From Psilocybe cubensis (lineage: Eukaryota): 64,000 bases of DNA. The DNA lies in assembly GCA_017499595.2 (NCBI GenBank), contig CM039001.1, positions 496,001-560,000 of the forward strand, read 5' to 3'. The translations under genes were made by a program, and so were the position numbers. Of this stretch, positions 29,859 to 42,664 are shown piece by piece. The stretch's first letter is position 1. Every line of letters begins with the position of its first letter. The notes under the pieces are model-generated. The model had not been told where the DNA came from. It ran no database searches and saw only the letters and a program-made list of their open reading frames with translations.

Positions 29859-31476
29859 ATGTCGATGTCGGACGCTGCGAGGACGACGACGACGAGGACA
29901 CGAACGCCGCCTAAGCGCACCTTCTCGGATGTCGAACTCGACCTCGACCAACTCGCCGAGTCATTCGACGTCCCTCCCTCCACGTCCTCCTCCGCGTCAT
30001 CAGCCATGGCCATAGCCTCCTCCTCCGCATCAGCCTCCTCCTCCTCCACGTTCGCGTCTCCCTGCCCTCCTCACCCCGCAACGATCCTAATTACTGACTC
30101 CCCCGCGTCCAGATCCAAAGCGACACTACTACTCACCTCAAAGCAAAAGCCCAAACACCCGCACCCGCGCACAAGCATGCAGCACCCCTCCTCGTCTGCG
30201 CCTATCAAGGTAGGCGTGCTCGGCGCCACGGGCACCGTAGGCCAGCGCTTCCTCACGCTCCTCGCTGCGCACCCGTGGTTCGCTGTCGATGCGCTCGGCG
30301 CGTCCCCGCGCTCCGCGGGGAAGAAGTATAAAGATGCGGTCAGTTGGAAGCAGAGCACGCCTATCCCGCAGGGCGTTAGGGATGTGGTTGTGCGAGAGTG
30401 TAGGCCGGAGAATTTCGCGCAGTGTAAGATTGTGTTTTCGGGGCTGGATGCGGATGTTGCTGGGGAGATTGGTAAGTCCACCTTTTTCCTTTTGTTTTTT
30501 GTGATTTGTGATGTGTGTGTGATGTGTGGGGTGGGGGAGTGGGGTGGGGTGATTGTGATAAGATAAGATGCTGATCGCATACACACTCTTTTTTTCTCAT
30601 GGGTGTTTTACAGAGGAAGCGTTCCGCGCCGCGAATCTGGCCGTCTTCTCCAACGCGAAGAATTTCAGGAGGGACCCACACGTCCCGCTCATCGTCCCGC
30701 TCGTGAACCCGCACCATCTGTCGATCATCCCGCAGCAGCAGGCGCTGTTCTCGCCGGCGCTGACGTCCGGGTTCATCGTGACCAACGCGAACTGCTCGAC
30801 GACGGGGTACGTCATCCCGCTCGCGGCGATGGAGAAGGCGTTTGGCCCGCTTGAGTGTGTGATGGTTACTACCCTCCAAGCGATCTCGGGCGCGGGGTAT
30901 CCTGGTGTGCCGAGCCTTGATATCCTCGACAACGTCATCCCGTATATATCAGGCGAGGAGGAGAAGATCGAGTGGGAGACGCTAAAGATTCTAGGTGGGA
31001 TCAGCACGAAGGAGTCGGAGGTTACCAGCGCGGACGGGCAGCAGGTGGTGAAGAAGGAAGTGAAGACGTTCGACATGCACGCCGCGCACCCGTTGCGCGT
31101 GTCGGCGTCGTGCAACCGCGTGCCAGTGATCGACGGGCACACCGAGTGCGTGTCTGTGAGGTTCGCGAGGAGACCACCGCCGTCGCCGCAACAGGTCCGC
31201 GAGGCGCTCGCGGCGTACACGCCCGAGGCGCAGGCGCTCGGATGCCCGTCGGCGCCGTGCAGGGCGATTGTGGTGCATGAGGAACCGGACAGGCCGCAGC
31301 CGCGCTTGGATAGGTATTATCAGGACGGCGCGGGGGTGTCGGTGGGGAGGGTGAGGCAGTGTCAGGTGCTGGATGTCAAGTTTGTGGTTTTGGCGAATAA
31401 TGTGTCGATTGGTGCTGCGACGAGTAGTATTATTAATGCGGAGTATGCGGTGTTGAAGAATGTTGTGCAGTTGTGA
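29859..31476 (+). CDS. HOM2: Aspartate-semialdehyde dehydrogenase (start at 29859 or 30177; one intron at about 30472-30613)
   Basis: [25 protein letters not shown], catalytic [31 protein letters not shown] and QPRLDR. Confidence 0.95.
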
Positions 31477-31910
31477 GGTTGATTGGGATGGTGGTGGGTG
31501 GGGGTGGGGGTATATACGGTTTATGTGTTTTTGTTTTTTTTTTCTTCGTGTGTTTTTTTACTTTTTACATTTTACATTTCCGTTTTTTCCCTCCTCTTCT
31601 TTTTTTTTCTTTTTGGATTATCTGCTTTGCATGTGATGTGAAGATTCAACAAAATGTAAAGGTAAAGGCATAGTAGTTAACGCTAACCGGTTAACCCGTG
31701 ATGCACCTACATATTCCCGATTTAGGTATCTGATTGCCGGATATAGAATATGATTAACGACTAATTTGCCACGTCTTGCCACGTCTGACAGTGAGAAAAG
31801 GTCGTGTTGTTTTTTTTTTCTTTTTTGGTTTTAAACATCTCAGTGACAAATCTAATCGAAGAGAGAGGGTCGACCCAGGGTCCAGCTGCCAGCATCTGGT
31901 CACGTAAGAA

Positions 31911-32163
31911 AATGACTAGGCAATTGATGGGTCAATGACTAGTCAATTGATGGGTCATTTGACATTGACTGGGTCATGACTTGGGTGACCAGTCAATGAC
32001 TAGTCAATTGATGGGTCATTGACCGAGTCATGACTTGAGTAACTAGTCAATGACTAGTCAATTGATGGCGCATTCACTGGGTCATGACTTGAGTAACTAG
32101 TCAATGACTAGTCAATTGATGGGTCATTGACTGGGTCATGACTTGGGTGACCAGTCAATGACT
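31911..32163. repeat. 54-bp-period minisatellite built from palindromic TGAC/GTCA modules
   Basis: Units start at 31991, 32045, 32099 and 32153 (agtcaatgactagtcaattgatgggtcattgactgggtcatgacttg...); degenerate copies extend back to 31911. Confidence 0.92.
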
Positions 32164-33051
32164 TTACTTACCACAAGGGTACCCCATAGGTCAGCCCTGA
32201 GCCGAGGTCATCTTTACGGATTTGTGAAAAATGTATGGAAGTCGATGAACGGAAATGGCTTGCACCCAAGTGCTCGGGACTATAAGTATTCGTGGAGACT
32301 GTTGAGTTTACGGTTCATTAGGACGATGGCTATTAATATTAATGTTCTCGTATATCTATCCCTTATTACAGGGTCTTGGTATGTAATTATGGTTATCTAT
32401 CGCATCGATTTGCACTGTGCTTTGTACTTACATTCATCGTCTAAAGTATTATCAATTTTTACTAGTAGGATATCCTTTTCAGCTCGCCCAAGGTCAAACT
32501 TGACAAGGCTCGACAACACTCATGAACAACTTGAACGATAATGATGTCCCGCCTAACTTGAATTGGTTTTGATTTTTCTGTTGTGAAAGCTAAATAGGGA
32601 GAACAAAATAAGCTCTTGGGGCTGTGCTTCTATTCGTATCGATTGCCAGTACGTACATACACGAGTGAACCGCTCATAACTCGTGATATAACATACTAAT
32701 TTATAGGTCTGGTGCTTAATTTGACCCCCCGACATATCCTGCTATTTTCTGCCCTAGCAAGTTGCAAAACTGTCAGTTTAAACGCTCTTGATGACCATTG
32801 TGAGCTACCGCCCAAATAAAACATATTGAGCTCTTTTGCAATCTTGAGGTGTGTGGATGAACGCTACACTGGCGATTTCGGTTCATTGGCGACTCGGACC
32901 ATGAGCGTCATTTTCATTCACAATCTTCTCTTGAATAATAGAAGCTGTATTCTTAGATACAGAAGGAGTCAAAAACGAATATAACGATGGGTTACATCAA
33001 CTACTTTTGTTCTAGACTATGAAGGAATCCGTTTATATCAGGCACAGATAG

Positions 33052-33620
33052 CCCCTGTCGTCGTAGTCTCGGCCTCCCATCCTCTTTCGGATCGGTTACC
33101 CAATATGGGTAACCCATCGTAAGAGTCTGGGATATAACCAACGGTCGCAACATACCATTGCGTTCGTGGTTTTCTCGCATTTCCTTGGCACCTTTTCAAC
33201 AACTGTGCTGTCAAATCAAAGGTGATCTTTGCCTTAGAAATTCAAGGAATGGTCAACCATGTAATGTCATTGCTATTGTTTCTCCTAATGTCCTATATTA
33301 TGCACACAGGCATTCTCATAAAAAATGCTTTCCGTCTCGAAAGTGAAAATGGTTGATCCAAACATTGCTCACAATACTTACAGTTATATTTATTATGATT
33401 CTAAGTAAAGAGTAAAGTAGTATGGATCCTGTACATGTGTATAAAATAGTGGTAGGGGCAATGTTTTTTGGCCAGCAGATATGCCAAGGAAATGCGAGAA
33501 AACCACGAACGCAATGGTATGTTGCGACCGTTGGTTGTGACCCAGACTCTTACGATGGGTTACCCATATTGGGTAACCGATCCGAAAGAGGATGGGAGGC
33601 CGAGACTACTGTCGTCGGGG
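33052..33620. mobile_element. Fold-back or MITE-like element with 139-bp terminal inverted repeats around an AT-rich spacer of about 290 bp
   Basis: 33052-33190 is the reverse complement of 33482-33620, with 3 mismatches in the inner 128 bp. The inverted repeat is certain; the MITE identity is inferred, and I see no clear target-site duplication. Confidence 0.6.
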
Positions 33621-34489
33621 AATGCCGGTGATACTAGTACAGTTAAGGAACAAACACTGGACAAACAACGAAGTTTGAATGTTGTTAACTGAACGTTGAA
33701 CTTCAACGGTGAAACCTCAAACTTCCTTTGAAACTGAACATTCGCATGCACAAATCACTATTGAAGGCTCTCCTTCTTACTTTCTTTCTATGCACCGCGT
33801 ACCCTGTACAACGTGATGGACAACGCGGCGTACTTGCGAAATTGATAGAGGATGATCTAGGGATGATGATATCTTATCGATTGTTCAACCTGAACAGAGT
33901 CTTCTTTCAGCTTCTTTGCCCTATATGTGGCACACATTCAGTCCCTGCTTAATCTCTTGGCGGTTAATCTCGTATCCAGATAGTAGGATTTTCTCTAGAC
34001 AATGTACTTCACTGGAAGAACGCTGGTTACAATCCATTGAATCGAATAACGCCACTGGAAAAAAGAACGCAAAACAAGCGGCGCACAGGTTGTTCGCTTC
34101 ATATACTGGGCTACAAAATCTGTTCTCGTGACGATGGACTCTAACAAAAGATTGGGGGTTCGACCAGCCTCAAATGGCTCTGCCACCCTCACGATGGATA
34201 GAACACGTTAATTCGTTCTCTTCAACGCGGCTAGAATACCTACTCCCTGAAATTCTCTCCCTGACCCTTTCCAAATCGCATTGCTGAGGGTCTTATGTGC
34301 CCCCCAAATGGCATTCATTTCTTCAATTGGTTTTACGACCCTCTATTGAATGTCGCAGGTGTGCTACAATCTCGTACCAACGCTTTCTTTCTGGGTACAC
34401 GTTCTTGTACCTAATAGGGGCAACCAATGAATTGGCCTATCTCGGGGAAAGATTGCTCTCATCTTTGAATCGATTGGATGGTGAAATCG

Positions 34490-34496
34490 TATATAA
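34490..34496 (+). promoter_or_regulatory. Putative TATA box of ncAAAD copy 2
   Basis: TATATAA ends 58 bp before the ATG at 34554. Confidence 0.5.
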
Positions 34497-34553
34497 CCTG
34501 GATTCAAATGGACAGCTCTCCTCACAGCTCGCGGTCCTCCACACAGCTTCGCC

Positions 34554-37500
34554 ATGTCTGCCGAAAACACTATCGCTAAACCTCGCTATCGTATTCCTAC
34601 GAGTGAGGACCATGAACGCACATCTGCTCTTTTCTTGGGTCCCAAGGCAGAAAATGCCAAATTCCTCCGGGAGTGGTTGATGACGGTCGTCTCTCAACAA
34701 GAAGCAGCCCGCCATGCGTATTCCCCGAAAGACAACGTAGGCGGCTCCGTTCAAAATTCCCGACTTTATTGTTTGCTCACAGTCGAACGACTCGGGATGT
34801 GCGACAGATCTTTATTTCCGCCGCCACGCAAAGCTCCAAAGCTTTTCGCGAGACTACGAACGCAATAACGAGCAACCTCACCGCGTTATTGACCGAACTC
34901 GGCCAAAAATCAGTTCCGTTCTACTCTCCCCGGTACAGCGGACATATGTCTGTAGACCAAAGTTTGCCGGCCATTCTCGGGTATTTGTCGACCTTGTTTT
35001 ACAATCCCAACAATGTTGCCTTTGAGGCTAGTCCGTTCACGACTATCATCGAGGGAGAAGTTGGCTTGCAACTCTCTGAAATGCTGGGTTATAATCGGCT
35101 AAATAACGTGGATGAACCTCTCGCCTGGGGACATATTGCATCGGGTGGTACTGTTGCAAACTTGGAATCAATGTGGTAAGTCTCTTTATTTTATTTCGGA
35201 CCACTTCATACAAATTTCCATTTTTTTTTTGGAAAGGGCGGGTAAGTGGTTCAGGTTCCCAATTTTATTCATCCTAGAACTTATCTTGATATATCCATAC
35301 TAGCGCGCAACCTCAAGTTCTATCCTCTCTCGCTCCGAAATGCTTCGGCCAAAGGCGCAGAATTGGAATTCATTGCTGACACCTTCTCCGTGAAAACTTG
35401 CGTCGGTGATGAGAAACTACTGAAGGACTGTAGTATGTGGGAACTCTTCAATTTGCATGTAACCACCATCTTGGACCTGCCCGACCGCTTGAACAAGGAG
35501 TACAGGATTTCTGGCCAGTTCCTTGAAAAGGTTATGCGCAAGTATATTATCCAGTCGACCAACAAGGACGTGTTGATGCAAAACTGGCAGCCTCCGGAGA
35601 AGCTTGTGCAACCTGTCGTTCTCTCCCCGAGCACCAATCATTATTCATGGCCAAAGGCTGCAGGTATGGCTCATGCAACCCCTCCAAATTCGATGTGCAA
35701 TTGACGGTTATTTCTTTTACAGCTGTGCTCGGCATTGGTTCTGATAACCTTCGCAATGTCCCGGTTGACATGCAAGCGCGCATGGACATAAACGAGCTCG
35801 ACCGTATGTTGCAAAGGTGCCTGGATGAGAAGACGCCGGTATATCAGGTCGTTGCTGTTATTGGCACGACCGAAGAAGGTGGTATCGATCGCATTACAGA
35901 GGTCCTGAGACTACGCAAAAAGTATCAAGCCTTGGGTCTATCTTTTGCCATCCATGCAGACGCAGCGTGGGGCGGATACTTTGCAACCATGCTACCCAGA
36001 CCCACACCGTACACACCTGGACAAAATACATCGCTTCCCGCAGACAGCACCAATCCGGACTTTGTCCCATACGTCGGTTTACGCCCAGAGAGCGCCTTAC
36101 AACTCAGCCATATAAAGTTTGCTGACTCCATTACTGTCGACCCGCACAAGGCAGGTTATATTCCGTATCCTGCCGGAGCGCTCTGCTATCGAGATGGTAG
36201 AATGAGACACCTTCTTACGTGGTCCGCACCCTACCTTATCCAAGGCAACGAAGGCCAAAGTATCGGAATATACGGGATCGAGGGAAGGTCAGTGCATCGA
36301 AATTTCTACCACATTTTTGTAGCTTATTTAACTTTACTATAGTAAGCCTGGTGCAGCAGCATCCGCTGTATTTATGGCGCATGGAACCATTGGCATTAAC
36401 GGTTATGGGAGCCTTCTTGGCCAGGCAATGTTTACATGCCGCCGAGTAAGTTATTTGCTTCTCGTCTATTTTTCGATGATGGATTTTGAATGCTTGATTT
36501 AGTACGCTGCTCACTGGTCTGCAATGTCTACCGATTCTACCAGTTTCACTGTCACCCCGTTCAATCCTATCCCCGCTGACGTCGACCCCAACGCTGACCC
36601 TGCAAAGGTTGAAGAGCAAAAGCAGTTCATCAGAGATCGTATCTTGTTCAAGTCGAACGAGGAAATATACAACGATTCCGAGGCTATGGAACTCTTGCAC
36701 CAACTTGGGTCCGATCTCAACATCAACGTTTTCGCATGCAACTTCCGCGACCGCGATGGCAATCTCAATATAGATGTCGAGGAAGCCAACTGGCTCAATA
36801 ACCGTATTTTCCAACGCTTCTCTGTTACCAGTGCTGAGGAGAACCCATTGGATACGCCGTTCTTCCTCAGCTCGACCACCTTGAAACAGTCCGAATACGG
36901 CGTCTGCGCAGCCGAAGTAAAGCGACGCATGGGACTTGTAGGCGACCAGGATGTTATAGTCCTTAGGAATGTTGTTATGTCTCCATTCACGGCAACGAAC
37001 GACTTTGTGGGTACTCTGGCAAACACCTTCCAAAAGATCGTTGAGGAGGAGGTCGAGGTAAGGCTTGCACATAATTTTTCAATGAAATGCTTTACTCATA
37101 CACATTTATAATAATAGTATGCACGGATCCGCAACGATATGAAACCTAGCATTCACACCTTCCTTCTTCACGGTTCAGTAGAGCAATATTATCTTGTCCA
37201 CACCCCGACGATCCATATGGCTAGCGGACGTCGCCAAATCATCCTTTCAGTAGATATTACGGGTACGGTTCACCAGGCGATACATGCCGATGAACAAGTT
37301 GAGGCGCTCATTATACACAACACTGTTCCTCTCCGCCTTGACGATATTGTGGATGGAGCGTCATTCGAAGGCATACTTAGCATCGGAAAGAGGTTAGTCT
37401 GATTTTTCTTTGGCAAACGACAAACTGACATCGTTACAATACACAGGCAAACTGATATCAAAGTTAACATTTCGAACATCAAAGTCGTCAAGAAGCGCTC

Positions 37501-38083
37501 TCTGATGACTGAGGACCTGGAATCTGCGTACCCATCATTGATGCCATTCTATTTCTACGGGACTCAAAAACACGCTCATATCGATCATGTCATTACTGTC
37601 GTTCCTAACATCCATCTCAGTGCTGGCCGAATTGAATACAAATTCGACGACGACTTGTCAAGCGAGGACCTCGCCAAGGGTCTCATTGTCGTTGCTGAGA
37701 ATGTACATGAGGCATCCATGCAGCCCTTCCCGCTCATGAAAGATCTCCATATCGACGACCAATTCTTCTTCAACTCTGGGCAAACTCTCCACGTCAAAGT
37801 ATACAGAGACCCATACCCCGCGTCGACCATGGATCCCATCCCTCTCCACGACATCAAGAACCAGCCCGTTGTTACACAAGGCACTATCACGCTCGTCGGA
37901 AATCTTTACGTTGACTCTGATGCTCTCAATGTCGCTTCCGAGCCTACTGCCGACGATGACGCTCGCGCCGCTTCTCAAGCTCGCAATATGTACGGCGAGA
38001 TGACCGCTGGAACCATCAAAGGTTGGCAAAGTGCTGTTCGTGATTTCCACAACAAATTAGAGACTATCGCTCCCGCCAAGTAA
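34554..38083 (+). CDS. Non-canonical aromatic L-amino acid decarboxylase paralog, copy 2 (full length, apparently intact)
   Basis: Begins MSAENTIAKPRYRIPTSEDHERTSALFLGPKAEN and has the same intron positions as copy 1. IHADAAWGGY, DPHKAGY and WSAPYL are retained; the C-terminal appendage ends NKLETIAPAK. Confidence 0.93.
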
Positions 38084-38471
38084 ATGAGATATGGAGCAAA
38101 CTCATGACGGCTGCTAGAGGAAAAATAAATCGAAATCAAGTATATACGTTTTTACCCCCAATGTTTCGAATGTTGAATATGATCACATTTGATTTACCGT
38201 CTGTATAACAATGACTGTTTGTACCGAAAACATTTCAATATCAATGTGTAAGCTTTCATTGCTGTTGCATGGGGAATACTGAGTTGGGGTATAACGTATA
38301 TTGCGAATGATACAAATGAGCACACAATCGCATTACCCTAGGTTTTTAATACCAAGAATGCTGTGCCTCAACAAGTAAGTAATACAGATGCATAGTTTTG
38401 ACAGGAAATGGGAAAATAGGACGGAAGTGAGAAAAAGAAAGCAGGCGGTCACTCTAGTAACTAAAATTAAA

Positions 38472-40673
38472 TCATGAGTCTGACATTGCGGCATCATCCT
38501 CGTATTCTTCGCCCTCTACCTCGTCATCACCATCTTCCAAATTTTCATTAAGACTACGTCCACCTCTTTCCATAAGTCCATGAAGGTCGTGAATACCATT
38601 CCCAAACCCATTTGAAACGGAGGTCCTGGCATTTATGATACCCTCAAAATCATTATCGTCGTTGTAAATGTCGAGTCCACTTTGGAAGAAGATTCGTTTC
38701 GATGATTTTGTAGGAGCCGCGCCATATTCGTAGTGGTTGTATCCGCTTTCGTGTATTGGGATGTCGAAGTACTTTCCAGTGACAATACTCATCCGCCGTC
38801 TTTCGGAGGCCGATATATGTCCAGGCGGGTTGCTTGAATGCCGTCCACTCAGTATGCGAGGCAGAGAGTTAGCACGGTGTGGAGCACGTCTCCAGTTGTT
38901 AACAAAGGAAACAGAGCTGGCATCGCTATCAGAAGATTCTGTATCTTCCGACTCTGACTCTGATTCTTGAAGGTCGTAAAGATATCGTGTGTGTTCTTTT
39001 AATTGAGAGATAAGGGTTTAGCATATGTAACTTGCAATTGAAACCAAATTAACGTACGTGCAAGTCGCTCGTCGAGTTCATCCCTGTGTTCCCTTTTGTC
39101 TCTTTTAAAACCAAGATGACCTCCCAAGCTCGTTCTAGGAACATCCTGCATTTGAACAGAGGGCGCACAGCGCGAAGCAAGCTGCTGCAGTTGGGCAAGA
39201 GCAGTAGTTCTGTCGGAGTACGTTAGTTAAAACGCTTTTATACCCCAACCGAAAAACGCACCTAACATGATCCAAAGTTCCTTCCTTCACATTCATATCC
39301 TCCATGTTGTTTTCCGGGACTTCAAGTCTATATGTTGGTCCGAACCATTCGAAATATTGACTCCATGGCATATTTAAGTCAATTTCGTTTTCAATGCCAA
39401 TTGCGCATGCGGTCTCATACGTCCACGCTCGTGCTACATTCTTCACTGTGTATCCGCCTCCACCGAGTAATATCAGGGGTATATTGGATTTTCGAAGAAA
39501 CTGAACACAATGGGCGTGTCCCTGCATGGTGAGGTTCAGGCATCCAAGTTTATCGCCTGCCAACGAATCCGCCCCGCATTGTAGTACGACGGCAGATGGT
39601 TGGAAAACTTCCAGGATTTTTGAAATGACCTATAAATCTCCTTCAATAACCCAATGACCAAGCGCACATGTCAAGACATACAGGGTCAAACACACTCTTA
39701 AACGACTCATCCTGAATTCCATCTTTTAATGGCACATTGACGGAGTATCCTTTTCCCTTTCCGGTGCCCGTATCTTCCTGCGTACCCGTACCAGGGAAGA
39801 ACTCTCCGAACTTGTGGAAGCTGCACGTCATAACGCGGTCCGTTGTATAGAAGGCTTCTTCGACCCCATCACCGTGATGACAGTCAATGTCGATGTACAG
39901 TACCCGAGGATACGTGCGCAATAGCTCGAGAATGCCAAGAACAATATCGTTGATGTAGCAGAAGCCGGCGGCTTCGCGCTTTTTGGCATGATGCAGGCCG
40001 CCTGCCCAGTTGATCGCAATGTCCGCTGCCCCCGAGGCTATTCGTTCTGCCGCACCTGTCAAACCAGAACCACGAGAGAAGTATTCATATTAGAGAACGA
40101 GCGTCTATGAGTTGCATGCAAATTGGGCCCACACACCGATCGAACCCCCCGCTGAAATCGAACAAAACTCAAAGACACCTTCGAATGCAGGATTGTCATC
40201 TCCTACGAGGACTTGTATGAATGAGATAAGTTCCAACTGTATCACAATGGACACAACAACATGAACATACATCTTGTCTTTTGGCCGGTGAGTTTGTCTG
40301 CTGTCTCTGGAGTGACGCTATGCAGGAATTGGACGTATTCGTCTGTATGAAAGGCAGTCATGGCCTCTGGAGTGGCGCGTTTTGGTCTCTGGAGAGTGTC
40401 GTTTGGGAGTCAAAGAGTCGGTGGATTGAGATTTCTGGATAGGAATAGTGACGCAAACTCGGAAGACGTACCAAGACGTGCATCTTATCCAACATGCCAT
40501 AGGCAGTAGCCAGCTCGTGAGTAATGCGCATCCGGTGAGGCTTCATGAGGTGCGACCATCCGTATGTATACGCGCCAACGTCCGCTGTATCTTCTCCGTC
40601 AGTTGCATAGAATGAGAACAGAAGGTGAAAAGAACCGACGGTCGTAGAAATATGCAACTTTTCTTTTTGACAT
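38472..40673 (-). CDS. Class I histone deacetylase (Rpd3/Clr6 family)
   Basis: [65 protein letters not shown] and LGGGGYT. Confidence 0.93.
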
Positions 40674-41095
40674 GACTATCGAAGGGGGTTCGTCGTCTAC
40701 GTGCTGGTTGATCTTTGTCCTATCTTTCGTGCCAGAGGCTGTGCCACAACGCGGTTGCAATTACTTGAACTATGCGGGGCAAAGTCGGTCTTAACTCCGT
40801 AGTGTGGGGAAATGCTCAAGGGCATTGAGGCATGCATGCATGAATGAATGAAGGTTGGATTATCGTTCCATTTAGTGTTAAGCTTTCTGTGAATTCGACA
40901 TACTATAAATAAGCTGCAGATATCTATCGACAATCGCCTGAGCCTCGGCCATAGACCTCTATTGGCTCACTATTGACTCCTGTCGAGTCCTCAAATTAAA
41001 ACGCGGAAGTATTTTGGCATTTCAAATTTAATCAAACTACGAGGACACCCAAGGATGCTGATGAGTAACACTGCATGGTGAACGATAGGTCATCA

Positions 41096-42094
41096 CTAAC
41101 CATCGCCAACAACGTCAGCATCGGGGAGTAGCCACCTAAAGGTAACACTCATCCGAGTTCTGCGGTCGATCCAGGTGCCGGCAGGCTCTAGACTCTCTGA
41201 AGCGGAGGCGGTAGCAACAAAATCCCTCCGTTTCTTATCAATTCCATGCGTCCAGCAATACCGCGCATCTTCGGAGAGAACAATCAGACTTCTTTCAGGC
41301 AGATAAAGATCCCAACGTGTGCAAGAGTCGTTTTGTTGGGGATCAACTTTGTCGAAACGCATGACTGAGCCGCTTGAAAAGCTGACTCCAATAATTCCAT
41401 CGCCATACCGCCCGAGGAGGTCAACGTGAGGAGTTATGCCCTCCCCTGGCTGATACAAATTTATAATAGCTTGTCGGGCTCTTGTTGGGCAAGCTGGGAA
41501 TAGGACATCGTAGGTATCAGGAGGTACGACAGGTCGAAGCAACGAGGATATCTGGTCCAAAAGCTCCAATAAAATAGGAGGAAGACCTGAACTACTGGAT
41601 GCCAGGGTCTCCTTCGGAGGCAGAAAGCGCCCAAAAAGCATCACCTGGTTATCTGCAGGTGATGTGAAATATGTCTTCATACAGAAAGACACGACCTCGT
41701 CGGCGAGCTCCACGGGAAGAATGACCGAGGGATCAAAGTAAAGACCTTGAATTGGCGGGCCATTTCTGTGTGCCATTAATTTATCTTCATCCAAATCGAT
41801 AGAGATACGCGGTGAAGAATATCGTTCTTCGTCTAATAAGTCGTTAAATAATGAACCGGAATCGGAGCTAGAAAACAGAGAATGCATATCATCGTGGTCT
41901 TCTCCATTGTTGGTCTCCGACGAGACAAGTCCTGAATTTAAGTTCGAGGGTATTTCGATTCGCAGTAGCCGTGGCCGTTTATTTGCAGTTATAACAAGGG
42001 CTGAACCGTCTTTCAGACACACTTCCAGAGTGCGCTCTGATTTGGAAAGACTTTGGGTCCGTTTCCGTTTGAGATCAGGTAGTGCCTGGTCCAC
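41096..42094 (-). CDS. AlkB-family Fe(II)/2-oxoglutarate dioxygenase (5' end uncertain)
   Basis: INLYQPGEGITPHVD (HxD), WTHGI (distal His) and RMSVTFR (2OG-binding arginines). Confidence 0.85.
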   Translation of the reverse strand: MDQALPDLKRKRTQSLSKSERTLEVCLKDGSALVITANKRPRLLRIEIPSNLNSGLVSSETNNGEDHDDMHSLFSSSDSGSLFNDLLDEERYSSPRISIDLDEDKLMAHRNGPPIQGLYFDPSVILPVELADEVVSFCMKTYFTSPADNQVMLFGRFLPPKETLASSSSGLPPILLELLDQISSLLRPVVPPDTYDVLFPACPTRARQAIINLYQPGEGITPHVDLLGRYGDGIIGVSFSSGSVMRFDKVDPQQNDSCTRWDLYLPERSLIVLSEDARYCWTHGIDKKRRDFVATASASESLEPAGTWIDRRTRMSVTFRWLLPDADVVGDG

Positions 42095-42664
42095 TATGGT
42101 TTACACCAGTAGGGATATGATGAATCACATTTGGCGCTTACCATGGTTTTGCTTGAATCAAAAAAACAAAACCTATGAGCTGGTGATGGTCGAGAAGCAA
42201 AATGAAATTGCGATCTGACTGCGGAGTTCGAAGAGAAGAAAGCGTTCAGTCTCCGCTTGAAGGTTTACATCTCTCCTTTCTTTTACCTTGTAGGTTATAT
42301 ATGGACTCCGTGTCTGAGAAGCAGAAATGACTATTTTTCCAGTAATTTTCCAAAGATATTTTCAAAATAACCACCAACTTGTCTCTTGAACTCAGGTTGC
42401 TTGAGATTAACCTACGACAGGGGGATTACCTAATAGTAATAGGACCATATCGGCATTTTGGAAGTCGACCCGGGTAACCTGAATTGCCGGTGCATCGTCC
42501 AATCCAAGCACTTCCAAGCCTCACCTTGGAACCGCCCTCGACGGCGAATTCTTTTCCGAGCGATACTGGAAATCACACTCATTTAAAGCTGGTCTTCAAA
42601 AACTTGCAACCACCCTTTTATAACTTTGATACCTTAGATCTTCTCAATCCATTCCTGAAAGATC

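Noticed and set aside
31911-32163. CRISPR-like array
   Set aside because: The units are contiguous with no unique spacers, the genome is eukaryotic, and there are no cas genes.
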